Source: Guillardia theta CCMP2712
Lineage: Eukaryota; Protista; Cryptophyta
Assembly (NCBI RefSeq): GCF_000315625.1
Contig: NW_005434666.1
Span: 197,781 to 261,780, forward strand
Length of the DNA: 64,000 nt
Direction: 5' to 3'
Part shown: piece after piece, positions 17,657-30,175 of the stretch
How the letters are laid out: each line of letters starts with the position of its first letter
How positions within the stretch are numbered: the stretch's first letter is position 1
Translations under genes and position numbers: made by a program
The notes under the pieces: generated by a model
The model's database searches: none
Told to the model about the DNA's origin: nothing
What the model saw: only the letters and a program-made list of their open reading frames with translations

Positions 17657-19005
17657 TCAGCAGCAAGAGGACGAGGGTCGTTCTTGCTCAGCAGTAGTTG
17701 CCTTGTCAAACACGTCAAGAGAAACGTTCAGAACTAAAACGAGCTTCTCACGAATAGCGTTGAGGTAGTCAAGGTGCCGTTGGAGTTCGACCTTCTGGTC
17801 GGTGATCAGCTGCCGGAGCTGCAGCTTGTCCGCGTCGACCCTCCGGCAGATCTGTTTGAAAACCTGAAGTACCCGAGGGTGAGACGCTGAACAAGCTCTT
17901 GCCCGGTGACAAGACAGAGAAGAAGCCTGAAGCATTCTCCTCCTCCTCCTCCTCCTCATCATCATCATCATCATCAGTAGCAGCAGCAAAAGCAGGAACA
18001 GCAGCACAACATATTCATATTCATAATTCCTCTTCATCACCATCACCATCACCACCAACACCAACACCAACACCAACAACTTTCTGCTCGTTGTCTGTCT
18101 CAGATCATTGCCGCATCACAACATCACCTGTATCCTCAGCTTGAAGTTCGGATCTCGATTGTCTGCTGCCTGCAACCAAACCATCACACCTCTCCTCCCA
18201 TCCTCCCTCCCTCCTCACCGTGTAGGGAGGAACTGTCGACAAGATATGGGAGGCAGGAGGAGGGATGGGACGGCTGAGGGCGAAGAGGAGCCCAGGTACT
18301 CCCGCAAGGTCTCCTGTGTTGTTGGCTTGCATGTCGATCACTTTTGAGAATTCGATGTGATGAACTAGCGGAGCTCCTCCCGATTTGTCGAAGTGAACGT
18401 GAACAAGTTCTGCGAGTACCTGTGAGGAGAGGAGGAGGAGAAAGAAGGGAGGAGAGAGGAGAGAGGAGGAGGAGAGAGGAGAGAGGAGAGAGGACAGGGA
18501 GGATGGAACATGATCAGGAGGAAGGAGGAGGAGAACCTTTAGGAAACGTCAACTTCTTGCCAGTGGCAGGAACCACTTCCCCGAAAAGCTTCAGAACGCC
18601 CGTGTGTGTCCCACAAGGATCCATCACAAGTGACAAGACAACCCTCCCGTCCTTCCCCTCCTCCTCCTGCGCCTGCCCCGAGCTCGACCTCCAGACCTTG
18701 GCCCTGTAGCTCCAGTCGGGAAACGCCTCCGCCATGGCCTCGAGGTGTTCGAAGTATGCATCCTTTTCTATGGTGATCGGGGTCGGCCAGCTGTGGCAGA
18801 AGGAGACGGTCAACTTCTCCGAGCACACCTCCCGCATCTCCTTGATGCCATCGTACTCGCTGTCGTTGGGATCCCTCTCCCACTTGGGACGGAAGAGCGT
18901 GTGGAGGATAGCTTCAAGGGGCTCCATGAAGGAATCTGGCAGACGTCAGCAACTGTTTCAGCGATGCTCAGCTCTTGACGATGATCAATGCAGAGTTTTT
19001 GAACC
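17657..19005 (-). CDS. SnoaL-like (NTF2-fold, ester cyclase family) domain protein with a C-terminal coiled coil; 5' end uncertain
   Basis: Motifs EAFPDW, GTHTG and VVPATGKKLTF match the SnoaL-like AFPD/GTHTG/PPTGK consensus. A downstream exon reads LQLRQLITDQKVELQRHLDYLNAIREKL. Confidence 0.7.
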
Positions 19006-19142
19006 TGCAAGAGCAGGTAAGTTGCAATCAGTGAAACTGCCAGTCAGCCAGGAGCATGATCGAGAGAATCTAAGAGCCTGTTCTGTTCATCGATTCCTTG
19101 ACACCAACTGTTGGCTCTATCGTTATCTCCTGCTCTCTCTAC

Positions 19143-19278
19143 TGCCCCTGCCCCTGCCCCTGCCCCTGCCCCTGCCCCTGCTCCTGCCCCTGCTCCTGCT
19201 CCTGCCCCTGCCCCTGCCCCTGCTCCTGCCCCTGCCCCTGCCCCTGCCCCTGCTCCTGCTCCTGCCCCTGCCCCTGCC

Positions 19279-19317
<39 letters not shown>
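19143..19317. repeat. Mixed hexamer microsatellite (CCCCTG/CTCCTG)n
   Basis: Directly visible; it is the source of the GA/PA/CP dipeptide ORFs. Confidence 0.95.
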
Positions 19318-19642
19318 CTCACTCTATCCCTTATCCCTTGCTTCTCATGCAGCCAGCGCGCATCTTTGGAGCATGTCCGTTGAGGGAATGAGCGGGGAAG
19401 AGGCCCATGTGGTATGAGCGGGGATGTGGTAAGTTTTGTCTCCTCAAGTGTCGCGTACATGCAGTGAAGTGAGTGAGCGAGGGGACGGGCATGGTGGAGG
19501 CGGGAGAGGAGAAGGAGATGGGAGGAAGAGAGGACGAGGAAGGGGGCAAACGGAGGACGGGGAGAAGGGGAAGGAGATGGAGTGAGGATGGTGGGGACTC
19601 GAACGACCTATCGCTGACTGAGACTACTCAAGCAGTATCCGC

Positions 19643-20516
19643 ATGGCCCTGAAGGTTTCCCGCACGGATAGGCCGTTCGTTCTGCTACTCTGCTGCTCTG
19701 CTGCGCTCCTTGCTGCCTTGCTGCTGAGCGGCGATGATGGTAGAAGGACCGAGCTAGCTGACAAATGGAAGCCTTACAAAGAGCCCACGAACGTCTTCGA
19801 CGACTTCGATGCAGACTTCAAGCAGGTCTGGCAACAGGATCTGATTGTTGAGGAGCTGACTAGCGTGTGAAGGGAGCATGGAAGGAGTATAAGGCACCAT
19901 CCAACGTGTTCGACGAGCTAGCAGGGCTGCAGGACGCGGACCACAAGTGGGAGGCCAACGTGCTAAATGACGAGAACGTGTTCAACGACATGCCTGACCG
20001 ATATCCCTTCGACGAGACCAAGGGAGGGCACAAGTGGCAAGTGTGGGAGGGAGAGACGACGTCCGAGGCGATCAGAGAGGTCTTGTGACATGGCAGTCGG
20101 AGCTGGAGCTGACGCAGTTGACAGCCCAATGTCTTCGACCATGGGACGGGTCTGCATGCCATCAACTTGGGAGAGCATGGTGAGGAGAGGAGAGGAGAGG
20201 CGAGGAGGGAGGGAGAGAGGAAGATGAATGATGATTCCGCAGCCATTGAGGGGAAGCCGTTCAAGGAGTTCAAGCCTGAGAAGAACGTGGGGACGAGAGT
20301 TTGCATGAAGAGATGTTGACGACCTGATCAGGTGTATGACAATCTTGTCCCTGAGGACAAGGCCGATATCCCTCCTGACACCAAGGTGACACTGTTCGCT
20401 CTCCTCTCCTCCTCCTCACTGTGCGGCAGGATGCAAGTCCTGAGTGGGGGAGAACAGTAGCGTCCTTGGAGGAGGATCAGAACGTGTTTGATAAGGAACA
20501 GTTTCCAGATTATTGA
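19643..20516 (+). CDS. Small signal-anchored/secreted protein with six NV(F/Y)(D/N) repeats, 6 exons
   Basis: Hydrophobic leader FVLLLCCSAALLAALLLS followed by GRRTEL. Spliced repeats: KWKPYKEPTNVFD, AWKEYKAPSNVFD, ENVFND, PNVFD, PFKEFKPEKNVYD, QNVFDKEQFPDY*. All junctions are GT-AG. Confidence 0.8.
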
Positions 20517-20615
20517 ATGAAATGGTGTCTGAATGGTGTGCGTGTGAGGATACGAGAGTTTGCATGACTTTACATGTCGTATACTTGCAAGAAGCTCACG
20601 TCGAGGGCCTGCGCC

Positions 20616-23600
20616 TCAGATGAATAGCTCCATCTCAACTCTACGATACGTGTTGTACTCGTCGTCCTCCAAGAGCGGGTACGCCGGGATGAGGGCATCC
20701 TGTTCGCAGTTGTCAGATACGAGCGCAACACCAGTCAGTGCCTACCTGCGACCCGATGTAGAGGTTGTTGTAGATCTTCCAGTACACTTCACGCACTCGC
20801 CTGCACGGGTGGAACAGACCCTAACAAGCGCAGCCGTCAGAAAGCCTGTCTAGACTAGAGTTGCCAGTTACCTGCAGAGTGTGCTGGAGGACCCTCGAGG
20901 CTCCGAGGCTGACTCGCATCGCTTCGATGGCTTCGAGAACCGCATTGATCACGTGAGGTGACTGTAACGTAACAACGAGTGAGCAGGAGACTTAATGCCT
21001 CAATCAAGAGGCTTTAACGACTCAACAAGCGGCAGGCCTCACCTGTTCGAAAATGTTGGGCCACACGAAATTGAGGAGATGAGCCAAGGCATCCTCGCAT
21101 CCAAGTCCGTACACACCCAGGGTAAGGTGCTTTACCACAGTGCTCGCAGTTTGCCTAGAGGGCAAGGACGAATCAGTCAACAACGCAAGCGCAAGCAACA
21201 CGAACAAGCACCTGTGCACCAGGTCACGATCCATAAGGGCGTCTTCAAGAAGTGGGGTAACAGCATAGACATAATCCTTGCCCATCTCTCCGATGTACTC
21301 GAAAAGGAACGACAACGCTTTCAGAACTCCGTTCTGGACATTGAGCTCGGGCAGACGATACTCATTCAACAACGCCGGGAGGACAGTGAACGGTCCGCAA
21401 GTCTCAGCAACGATAGCAATTGCAACCGTTGTACACACACGATTTTGCCTTTCCTGTACCTTCAGATTGTTGAGAAGAACAGCCAGCACGTCCTGAGGGC
21501 CAATGGCTTTGGCGATGTAGCCAAAAGTGTTGACAGTAGCACGACGAATGGCCTTCTTGTGCGCCTTGAGCATATCCAAGAGTTCGAAACAGATACGCAT
21601 CCATTCCTTGGCAGAGACAAACTCCGCTCCCCTGTCTGCAATACGACCAACCAAATCTATACAATTCTCCTGAACTTTCTCATGTCTGTTCCTCAAGATT
21701 GGCGTCAGACGTGGAAGCAAATCCTTGATGGGGGGAGTCATCTTCGCCATACCAACAACATTGACAATGCCCTTGAGACCTCCCAAAATCGAGCCCAACA
21801 CCTCGGGGTATTCCTCACCGAGATACTCATACAAAACAACGCCCAAATGGTTGAGCAACTGAACAATGAAGTTAGAAAAGACTAGAGGTGTAGAATGAGA
21901 ACTCAAATTACCTGCTCTTCTCCGCAACGCTTCATGACAGCTGCAATGCGACCAATCAGGTCTGCTGCTTGCTGGCGCACTTTCGCAGATTTGTTGTTCA
22001 AACGCCACTTCAGTGTACCGCAGATTTGTGGCAGGTAAGGCTTGACTCGTTCACGGAAGGAATTGACAACCGCAGCAACACCATCAAGCATAACCTTAGT
22101 GTCTTCCGATTGTTGCTCCTGGAAGGCATACAAGATACCATCAACCATTTGCTCTTCAAGGCGTTGATCAATATCCGTCGTTCCAAGGTTTGTGACAACT
22201 TTCTCTATGCTCTCCATGACCATCTTGCGGTATGGTTCTGACTCATCCTGCAATCAAAATGTTACCAACAGATATTTGTCAGAGACAGAAGACTGCATAC
22301 CTTGAGTCCATCAACAAGTCGATTTACAATGTCCGCCCCACCTACTTTGTTGGCGAGCTCGACTGTCGTATCCACCAACTGCCTGTAGTTTCGGCGATCG
22401 AGCGCCATTCTCCTGACCCACAGATACTTGAAGAAGTCTGGCAAGATCTCTGCTTTGACGTAGGGTGCATCCACACCCTCAGTTCCAACACACTGCTTCA
22501 CAACCTTCATCACAATCTTCTTCATTTCTTCATCAGGTGTCTGAAACTCTCTGATCAGAATGGGCATGATCTCCCTTGTGTAGAATCCAGAATGTTCTGG
22601 CTCCATGAGTGGGATGATGAAACCAACTGCCTTCAAAAACGCAGCAAGCACTTTTCCGTGATGTGCACGGGTGCCAATCCACAAGGGCTTGAGCACAGAG
22701 TCAAAAGCCTCAATACCGTAGGGCGTGGCAGCCTCCGCCAAGGCAGCCAAGGACAGAGCAGTGATCGTCCTAACCTTCTGTTGTTCATCAGTGAGTCCAC
22801 CCTCCATGATTTCGACCATCTGCTTCAAATGAGGCAAGACTGCACACCCCATCAGGATGGCAATCTGTTGAATAATTTTGATGCCGGTGTGTCTGGCCTG
22901 CCATGACTTCTTGCTTTGACAAACTGCCTTCAAAAATGGGAGGAGTGCAGGAATACCGAGTGCTGAAGCAACAACAGCGAAGGCTCGAGCGGTAGTATTC
23001 CTCACATATTCATCTAAATTGTCGATATCTGGACGCATCGTAGCAATCATGGTTGCAAGTCCTGCGGCCTTTGAAAGGTTCGCAATGATTTCACGTCCTT
23101 CCACACGAGCATAATAATCTTCATCAATCAGAAGTGGCTCAATCACGACCAAAATCTTGTGCACATAAGGACGAACCAGATCATCAAGTTTGTACAACAC
23201 CCTGCAAACGTAGTGAGAAAACCGAAGTAAAAGGTAAAAACAAACACCTGTCAATGACCTTCACGAGCAAATGGCGTTCTTGATCTTCCAGGGTAGGGGA
23301 CATCAAGAGGGGAAGGATTTGATTGAACAATGGTCCAGGTCCAAATTCCCTTGCTTTGTCCGTGATTTGCCTCAAAGCTTGTTTCCTCATCGGTGGAGTG
23401 CCATTCTTGACCTTCAAAAGCAACTTCATAATCTTCCTTTCGTTTCCTTCATCCTTGGACAGCTGATCTTCGTCAATGGTCTCGTCCAAAAGAGGGGCGA
23501 AAAACTGCAGCAAAATTTGAGTTGATGCGCATAAAACATGGCACAGAAGACACCTGGTAGTCCTCAGGCTTTACAAAAGGCAAATCAGCAGGAGTCGGAG

Positions 23601-25349
23601 GCACACTATAGGCATCTTTGGGCTTTTCAGCAGGGATTTGATACGCAGGAGTTCCTCCAGGAGTTGGTGTAGCCAACAATTTTCGTGATGGCGTTTGAAG
23701 GGGCTTGAAAACAAAACAAGTCAATGCTGATATCACTACGTCATATGTAGTCTGTGTTACCTTGTAACTAGCTGGAGGCTCCAGGATTTCATATCCGTCA
23801 GGTGGGAAGAGAGCGTCCAATTCCTCATCGACCCAAGGCCTGTTCCTGTCATCGACATCCCTCTGAAAACGGAGCTCTTGAAGTTGTTCAGGTGTCAAGG
23901 CAGAGAGATGGCTGGGAGTCATCATATCAATTCCGCCATAGGGTGTTGCTCCAACTACAGGGGTTGCACCGCCCAGCATAACTGGAGTTTCGTCCCATCG
24001 GGATCTCACTTTCTTCTCACTTCCACCTGGCGTTGCATCGGGACCGATTCTTTGCGGCGTCTCATCCCACCTATTCTTTCGAGATCCAATCACTGGAGTA
24101 GCTGAGTCCCATCTTGAGGGAGTGGCTGCCTCCGAAGCCTCCGAGGTATCCCAAGCACTCTTTGCAAGCGGAGTGACACCACCAAATCGTTTCGTGGAAG
24201 CTGAAGAAATCTGGGACGATCCTGTTCCCATTCTTGAGCTCTCACCATTGGTTTCCGACCTATTTAAAGCAGAGTCTCAGCAAGTGCACGTTTCACAAGG
24301 AAATTGAATCTAGAGAGGAAAGCAGCTGGGCTATTGGAAGGCTACTATCAGAAAAACGCAATAAAATTGTGCGCCTGTCAGCGAATCCTTCCATTCTCTA
24401 TGCCGAGTTGTTAGCCGCCAACGCATAGTACGCTGCGGTTTACTTCTCGGCAAAAGGACAGACAGACAAAATAACAACAGATTGGGAAGCTGGGGAGCAA
24501 CACTCACTTGACACGCTTCATGTCGGCACCAGCATCTGCACTGTCGCTGGGGCGCTTTTTCTTTTCTTTTTCCTCCTCCATGCGCTTTTGAACCTATTCA
24601 AGCAGTAAAAAGTCAGACAAAGCAAATCATGAGAGGTATAGAGCAAGATGGCTGACCTGTGCCATAACCGCTTCACGCTCCTTGGCCAACTGCTGCTCCT
24701 CCATGATGTCCTTGTAGGTTCTCACATCGGCAGCAGGCGTCTGATTTCCAAACCAGCACGTCAGGGAGAAACTTCAAGTCAAAGCTTTCCAGTGAATCAA
24801 TAACAGTGCGAGAGGGAGGGGGAGAAGAAGTGATGAATAGTGGAAGGCAGGACATCACAACAGGCTGTGCACCTGATCTCCAGCAGCAAATGGATCGTGC
24901 CTCTCTGGAGAGATGATCCTATTTCTGCGTCGCGCCTTGTACTCGTCCTCCCTGCGATATGTGGTTAATCTCTCCGCCAAGGTTTGAGGTGGGTGCAAGC
25001 TGCACCGATCAGCGATCCTCCTTGCGCGATGAGCGTCCATGGGGTCAAACGACTGTTGAAAAACCAAGACAGTCATCCAGCTGTTTGCTTTGAAACTGCA
25101 ACACCCAAGAACTAACCTCTCCTTCCTTCTCAGTCTCTGCGAGTGTAGACGCAGGAGCGGAGAAGGTGTTTCGAACAGTGGCTTTCGGCATGATGGACTG
25201 CAGGTGTGACTCTGCGTCCGCTTGATCGTCCTCATCGTTGACAGCGATGGAGGTCGCATACTGTGATCTGAAAAAGTACAATAAGAAGATGTTTCATTCA
25301 TGCAACAAGTAGATTACTTGTCAATTGCCTCGTTCTCCCACACATCCAT
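20616..25349 (-). CDS. SF3B1: Splicing factor 3B subunit 1 (U2 snRNP HEAT-repeat protein)
   Basis: RWDETP repeats; [23 protein letters not shown]; [28 protein letters not shown]; [13 protein letters not shown]; DEQQKVRT; [25 protein letters not shown]; C-terminus [10 protein letters not shown]. The start is inferred ([11 protein letters not shown]). Confidence 0.97.
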
Positions 25350-26502
25350 CTTGAATTATTGCTTTGTACAGAAAACCAAAATTTGTGCTGCGGGCAGTAA
25401 AGTCACGATTCAATGACAAACAACAACACATCACTTACATCGGATGAGTGTCTGACCTAGATAGATCCCGGCTACCTATGGCAGCTGAAATTTACCTGCA
25501 CAGAGATGTCATTTCCAGCGATCAGCCAAGAGTCTGATCCTGCATTTCGAGCTTTGTCTAGCAACAACAAGGCGCAAAGCTCCAACCATGATAATACAAC
25601 TACAACATGATATTGCAAACAAAGACAATAGATAGGATTGACCAAGAGCAAATTCAATTAAGACAAGTCTCCCTTTTCCTGACCAAATCCCTACAAATCA
25701 TGGGAACCTACTTCTACACAACACCTCCAAGCATCAGACATGGTGTCTTCAAAATACATCTAACATGTAAAACTTCATCATCACTTCATCTCTTTGCAGA
25801 ATCAGTTGTTTCCCCAAAACTTGCTCTGTGTCCCTCTTCTCCCCTCCCTCTCTCCCGCCATGCCGCTCCGCTGCTTTGCCTCTGCCACCCCACCCACCCC
25901 TACCCCCTTGTGTCCCACCTAATGTACCACCCACCCCGAACCTTAGCAAATCTGAACGATGCCACCCCCACTTTGAGCAACTCTTCCTATCTGTGATCCT
26001 GTGGGTCGGTACCTTCACCCACCCCAATCAAAATCCATCCCCCTAATCCAGGGAATTTTTACATATACCTTTCTAGTACCGGTGGTGGTGAATCATCTAC
26101 CCTACCCCATTGAAATCAACCACACATCCTCCCGAACAAGAGTGTTAATAACCCACCCTTCAAGCCTCAGTGGCTCACCCCCCACCCACCAAAACACCAA
26201 GAAGGACCTCCTCGTGCCTGCCGGTTACGTCACAGGACGGAGCAGGTAACGACTTATCGTTACTTTTATAATATATATTGTAACCGCCCGAGGATTTGGG
26301 CCGGACCCGGCAGGGCCCGGGAATTGCGTCCCTCTAAATCGACTGAGAGGCCGGCCCTCTTGCTGCCATGGCAGAGGAACGAGTGCAGTAGCCGCCTCGT
26401 CTCGCCCTCTCTCGATCAGCTGAGCATTGTGCCCTGATCCTCCTGTCTTCCTCCAGTGTCAGTAGTCGGCAGGTCCCTTGGGCAGCGCCTGCAGGTAGGC
26501 AC

Positions 26503-29413
26503 ATGAGCCATGTGCTGAAGCGTCGTGGAATCCTTCCCGTCCACATCCTAGTGAGGACGGCGATCCTGCCCGGACGGCAGAGGAGGCTCATGGGCCCAGG
26601 TAGAAGCTGCATGGAGGATTGATGGGACTGTGTTGCATCGCGTGGTGGCACGAGCTCTTGTCTCGTGGTTCTCATCCTTGTTTCAGCCTTCTCCCACGTC
26701 ACGATGCGCATCCGTGAAACCATCGTCTCTGCCATGGACGACAAGCTTGCCAGTGGAACCGTGGCTTCGGAGCTGGTCTATGGTGTTTTGAAGGCGCTCA
26801 GGTAAGACCTGCCTACTGTGCTCTCGGTACTGAGTTTGTTCTTCAGCCTTGCGTACTCTGCCGGGTTGTGGGTGAGGAAGGTCGCGTACAGGCTGCAACT
26901 GCTGCGGACGCATGTCCTCCCTGTCCCCGTGATCAGGTCAGGCAAGAGGAGGAAGGCAGTGTTAGGATGACGTGGACGTCGCACAAGTGTCGGGAACGTG
27001 ACGGTGGGAGGGAGCGGGAAGACACCGATGTGCGTTTACCTTGCGAAGCTGTCGAGGATGGCCAACCTGAGGTTGGACAGGCTGAAGGGGGAGGAGTGGA
27101 CTGAGGACTTGTAGGCCTCTGGTGCTGACGAGAGGATACGGCGAAGACGAAGATAAGATGATGATGCAACTGTGAGTGAAGAGAACGAAGATGAACGGGA
27201 TTTGGTTGGTGGGATGTTTGTGGTCGTGGGGGAAGGAGCGGAGGAGGGGGAGAAAGGAGAAGTGAGGCAAAAGAGAAGGGGAGCAAGGGGAGCAAGAGAG
27301 AGGGGGAGGAGAAGAGGGAGCGGGAGGGACTTGAGATAGATTTGATGAATGGAATGCAGATTGGACGGCGTTGCTGGAGTAGGGTCGGGTGCAAGGCGAT
27401 ACGAGATAGGAAGTCACATGTTGAATAACGAAGATGATCAGGTTCTTTCAATGATGCTTCATCAGCCTGATATCCTGTTATGCTTCCATCATTTTTAAAT
27501 GTCTTCATCCTTCACTTCTTACCAGTTGTCTGCTGTTACTCATGCTTGACTTGCTACATTCCTGGAAGAGATTATGCTCTCATTGTGTTTGTCAACCTCA
27601 TTGAATGCGTCTTCGTCAGTTACAAACTCTGGATTGCAAGTACAAGCATCTCCCCAACGGAACCATGGAGGTCAGGATCGATTGCTTGACGATTAAACTC
27701 ATCTCGATCACCAACCGTTTGCGAAGACGTCGGCTAACCATGGCCTCAACTACGACCTGATCATCTTGGATGACGGCTTGCAGCACTCACGAATCCTGCG
27801 TGACTTCCACGTGGTGAGACCACAAGCCCATGCTAACGATGACACATCACATCTGGACTTCACATCTGACACGTCTGATCGCTAGGTTATGATCAATTGC
27901 CTGGATCCTCCCACCCAGCACAAGCACCTCCTCCCAAGGTGAACTCATCGTTGAATGTGTTTCCGCGACTTCTCTGACCTGTTGGAGAAGAGGGAGGCTG
28001 AGGGAACCGTTGTGCGATGCGATCAAGCTCGCCGATGTGATCGTTGTGCACAATGCTGACAAAGTGAGCGAGAGGAAAGTGCAAGAGGTAGAAGACGACG
28101 TTCGGAGTCTGGCCGTCAACTCCCGCGGAAAGAGTTTCAATGTGCGCACAGCAAGCGGACTTTGCGAGATGCCGATGTCTGAAGAGAGTTGCAGACGACT
28201 GAGAGGAAGATGCATCTGACGGTGAGGTCGCACTTCTCTCCATCGCGGATGACGCGGCTGACGTGCAAGTAAGTGTAGGGGAACATTCTTATGTGAGAGT
28301 TGTGAGGTACAAGTTGCAGGGGAGATCAGGATAGGGAGATGCCAAGGTACTTCCAACAACTACGATAGTCCTCAAAGGAGTTTGAAGTGGTTTTGACTTT
28401 GGTGTCAGAAGACAAGAGCTAGAGCTGTCGAATTGTGCTGTTTATTGCTTTGCCGGGATAGCTAACCCAGAAGGTTGTGCGTCTTTCTGATTTGTTTAGA
28501 GAACACCAATAAGGAATGTACAATTATTATCACACCTTGATGTTCGAAACATTCTGAATGAGCAATGCTCGTGCATTAGATCATATAGTGTTGATTTTTG
28601 AGTGCTGACTGCTGACTTGTTATCTTTTCTCTCCTGTCATGATGCATGTGTTTGTGTTCCTCACTAATCGTGACTCTGTTTCTTCACCTGCAGGATTTTT
28701 CCAATCGGTGAAGAGTTTATCACCTGCCCTTTACCTGGGAGGTAAAAAATTCGCAAATTCTTGAGGAGGCGATTTTACATGTCTCTCAACAGAAACTTCT
28801 TTTCCTGATCATCACAAGTACTGTTTAAGGTGAGATTTGCAGTGTCAGGCAGAGTATGAATGCTGCAGAGCTTTTAAGATCTGTATCTTCCATGCTTGAC
28901 AAGTCCCATATCAGAGATCTTGAGGACATCACACAAGCTGCCAAGAGGGAAAATCAAGAGATTGTTTGTGTTCTTATGTTGTCTTTCGTTGTATCTCACG
29001 TCTTTCTACCAGCATGAAGATCGTCTCCCCATAGTGATCATCACGACGGAAAAGGCAACATATCAGCTCGCGTTGCTTGCCTTGAACGTGGACACAGGAC
29101 GTGGCAAGGAGCGGAGAGATGATAGAAACTTTCTTCAACCAGCAGCAAGTGGAGGTAGCAAGAGGGCATGGAGGGAGTGAGATAGCAAACCCCTGGAGCA
29201 GGTTTGCATTCTAGGAGGAGACCTCGTCCTTCACGGCGATCCATGTGAGTTTCAGATGCAACGAGCACCTGTTGCATGGTAGTTGCGGCAGTTGACAGAG
29301 ATGGAGTGGGAAAGCATGAACATGGCAATCACAAAGAATGCAAAAGTTGTTGTCTACGTGCGCGTAAGTGGGAGGCAGGCTTGTGTAATCATGATCATGT
29401 TTTGTGCTGTTGA
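26503..29413 (+). CDS. lpxK: Tetraacyldisaccharide 4'-kinase (lipid A 4'-kinase), multi-exon; 3' end approximate
   Basis: Spliced motifs LPVPVISVGNVTVGGSGKTP (P-loop), VLTRGYG, LIILDDGLQH (Walker B), HLLPRGRLREP, ADVIVV, AFAGIANP, FPDHHKY and IITTEKD occur in canonical LpxK order. Confidence 0.92.
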
Positions 29414-29641
29414 CTTGTCAAGGAGACGAAAGCGCTTGTCCACCTTAGGATCCTCCTCGACGTCACTTGTGACATGTTCTTGCAGCGCAACTTGTCGAGC
29501 TATGCCTACTGCCAAGCGCCCTGCGGCGCATGTTGACATCAAGGCCTTCCAGCTGATCAGCTACTCCTTGCCTCCTCCCTGTTGAGATCCCGTAACCAGC
29601 TTGCTCCTGCTTTTGTCTCCCTGTCTCCCTCGCCCTCTCAC

Positions 29642-30143
29642 TCAGGTCGCGCTCTTGCGTGCACTCTGAATGACTTTCAGCGAGTTGGAAGCGATCCACC
29701 CTGCAAGATGCTGTCACTGTACTCCTTCTCCTCCTCCTCCTCCTCCTCCTTCTCCTTCTGCTCCTCCTCCTCCTCCTCCTCCTTCTCCTCCTCCTCCTCC
29801 GCCACCGCCTCCTCATGTGCAATCACCACCATCCTTTCCCTCCTCCGTCTTCCCCGTCCTCTTTATGCTTTCGTCCTCCTCTCTTGAGTAAATGTGCATC
29901 CCCTCGTGGTAAATTTCTCCTCCTCCCTCTCGACCCGCCCACCTTCCTCCCCCTCCAGCATCACCTAGAGCTGCGATGCGCAGAATACTATTGAGGTAGA
30001 GCTTGGAATGGCGCTGACCATCGGAGTCAGCAAGGAAGAGGAGAAAGTGGAGAAAGAGGAAAAATGGTGAGATGCAGGAGAAACAGGCAGGGAACCTGAA
30101 GGAGCAGAAGAGAAGGAGAAAGAGGAGCAGGAGCGGGAGAAAG

Positions 30144-30175
<32 letters not shown>

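Noticed and set aside
20995-22906. Long plus-strand ORFs (296 aa and 224 aa) opposite SF3B1
   Set aside because: They are antisense shadows of conserved coding exons with no independent protein features.
22600-23050. Possible natural SF3B1 hotspot variants
   Set aside because: The residues equivalent to R625, H662, K666 and K700 look conserved. GKV in place of human GKG is, as I recall, the ordinary non-animal state.
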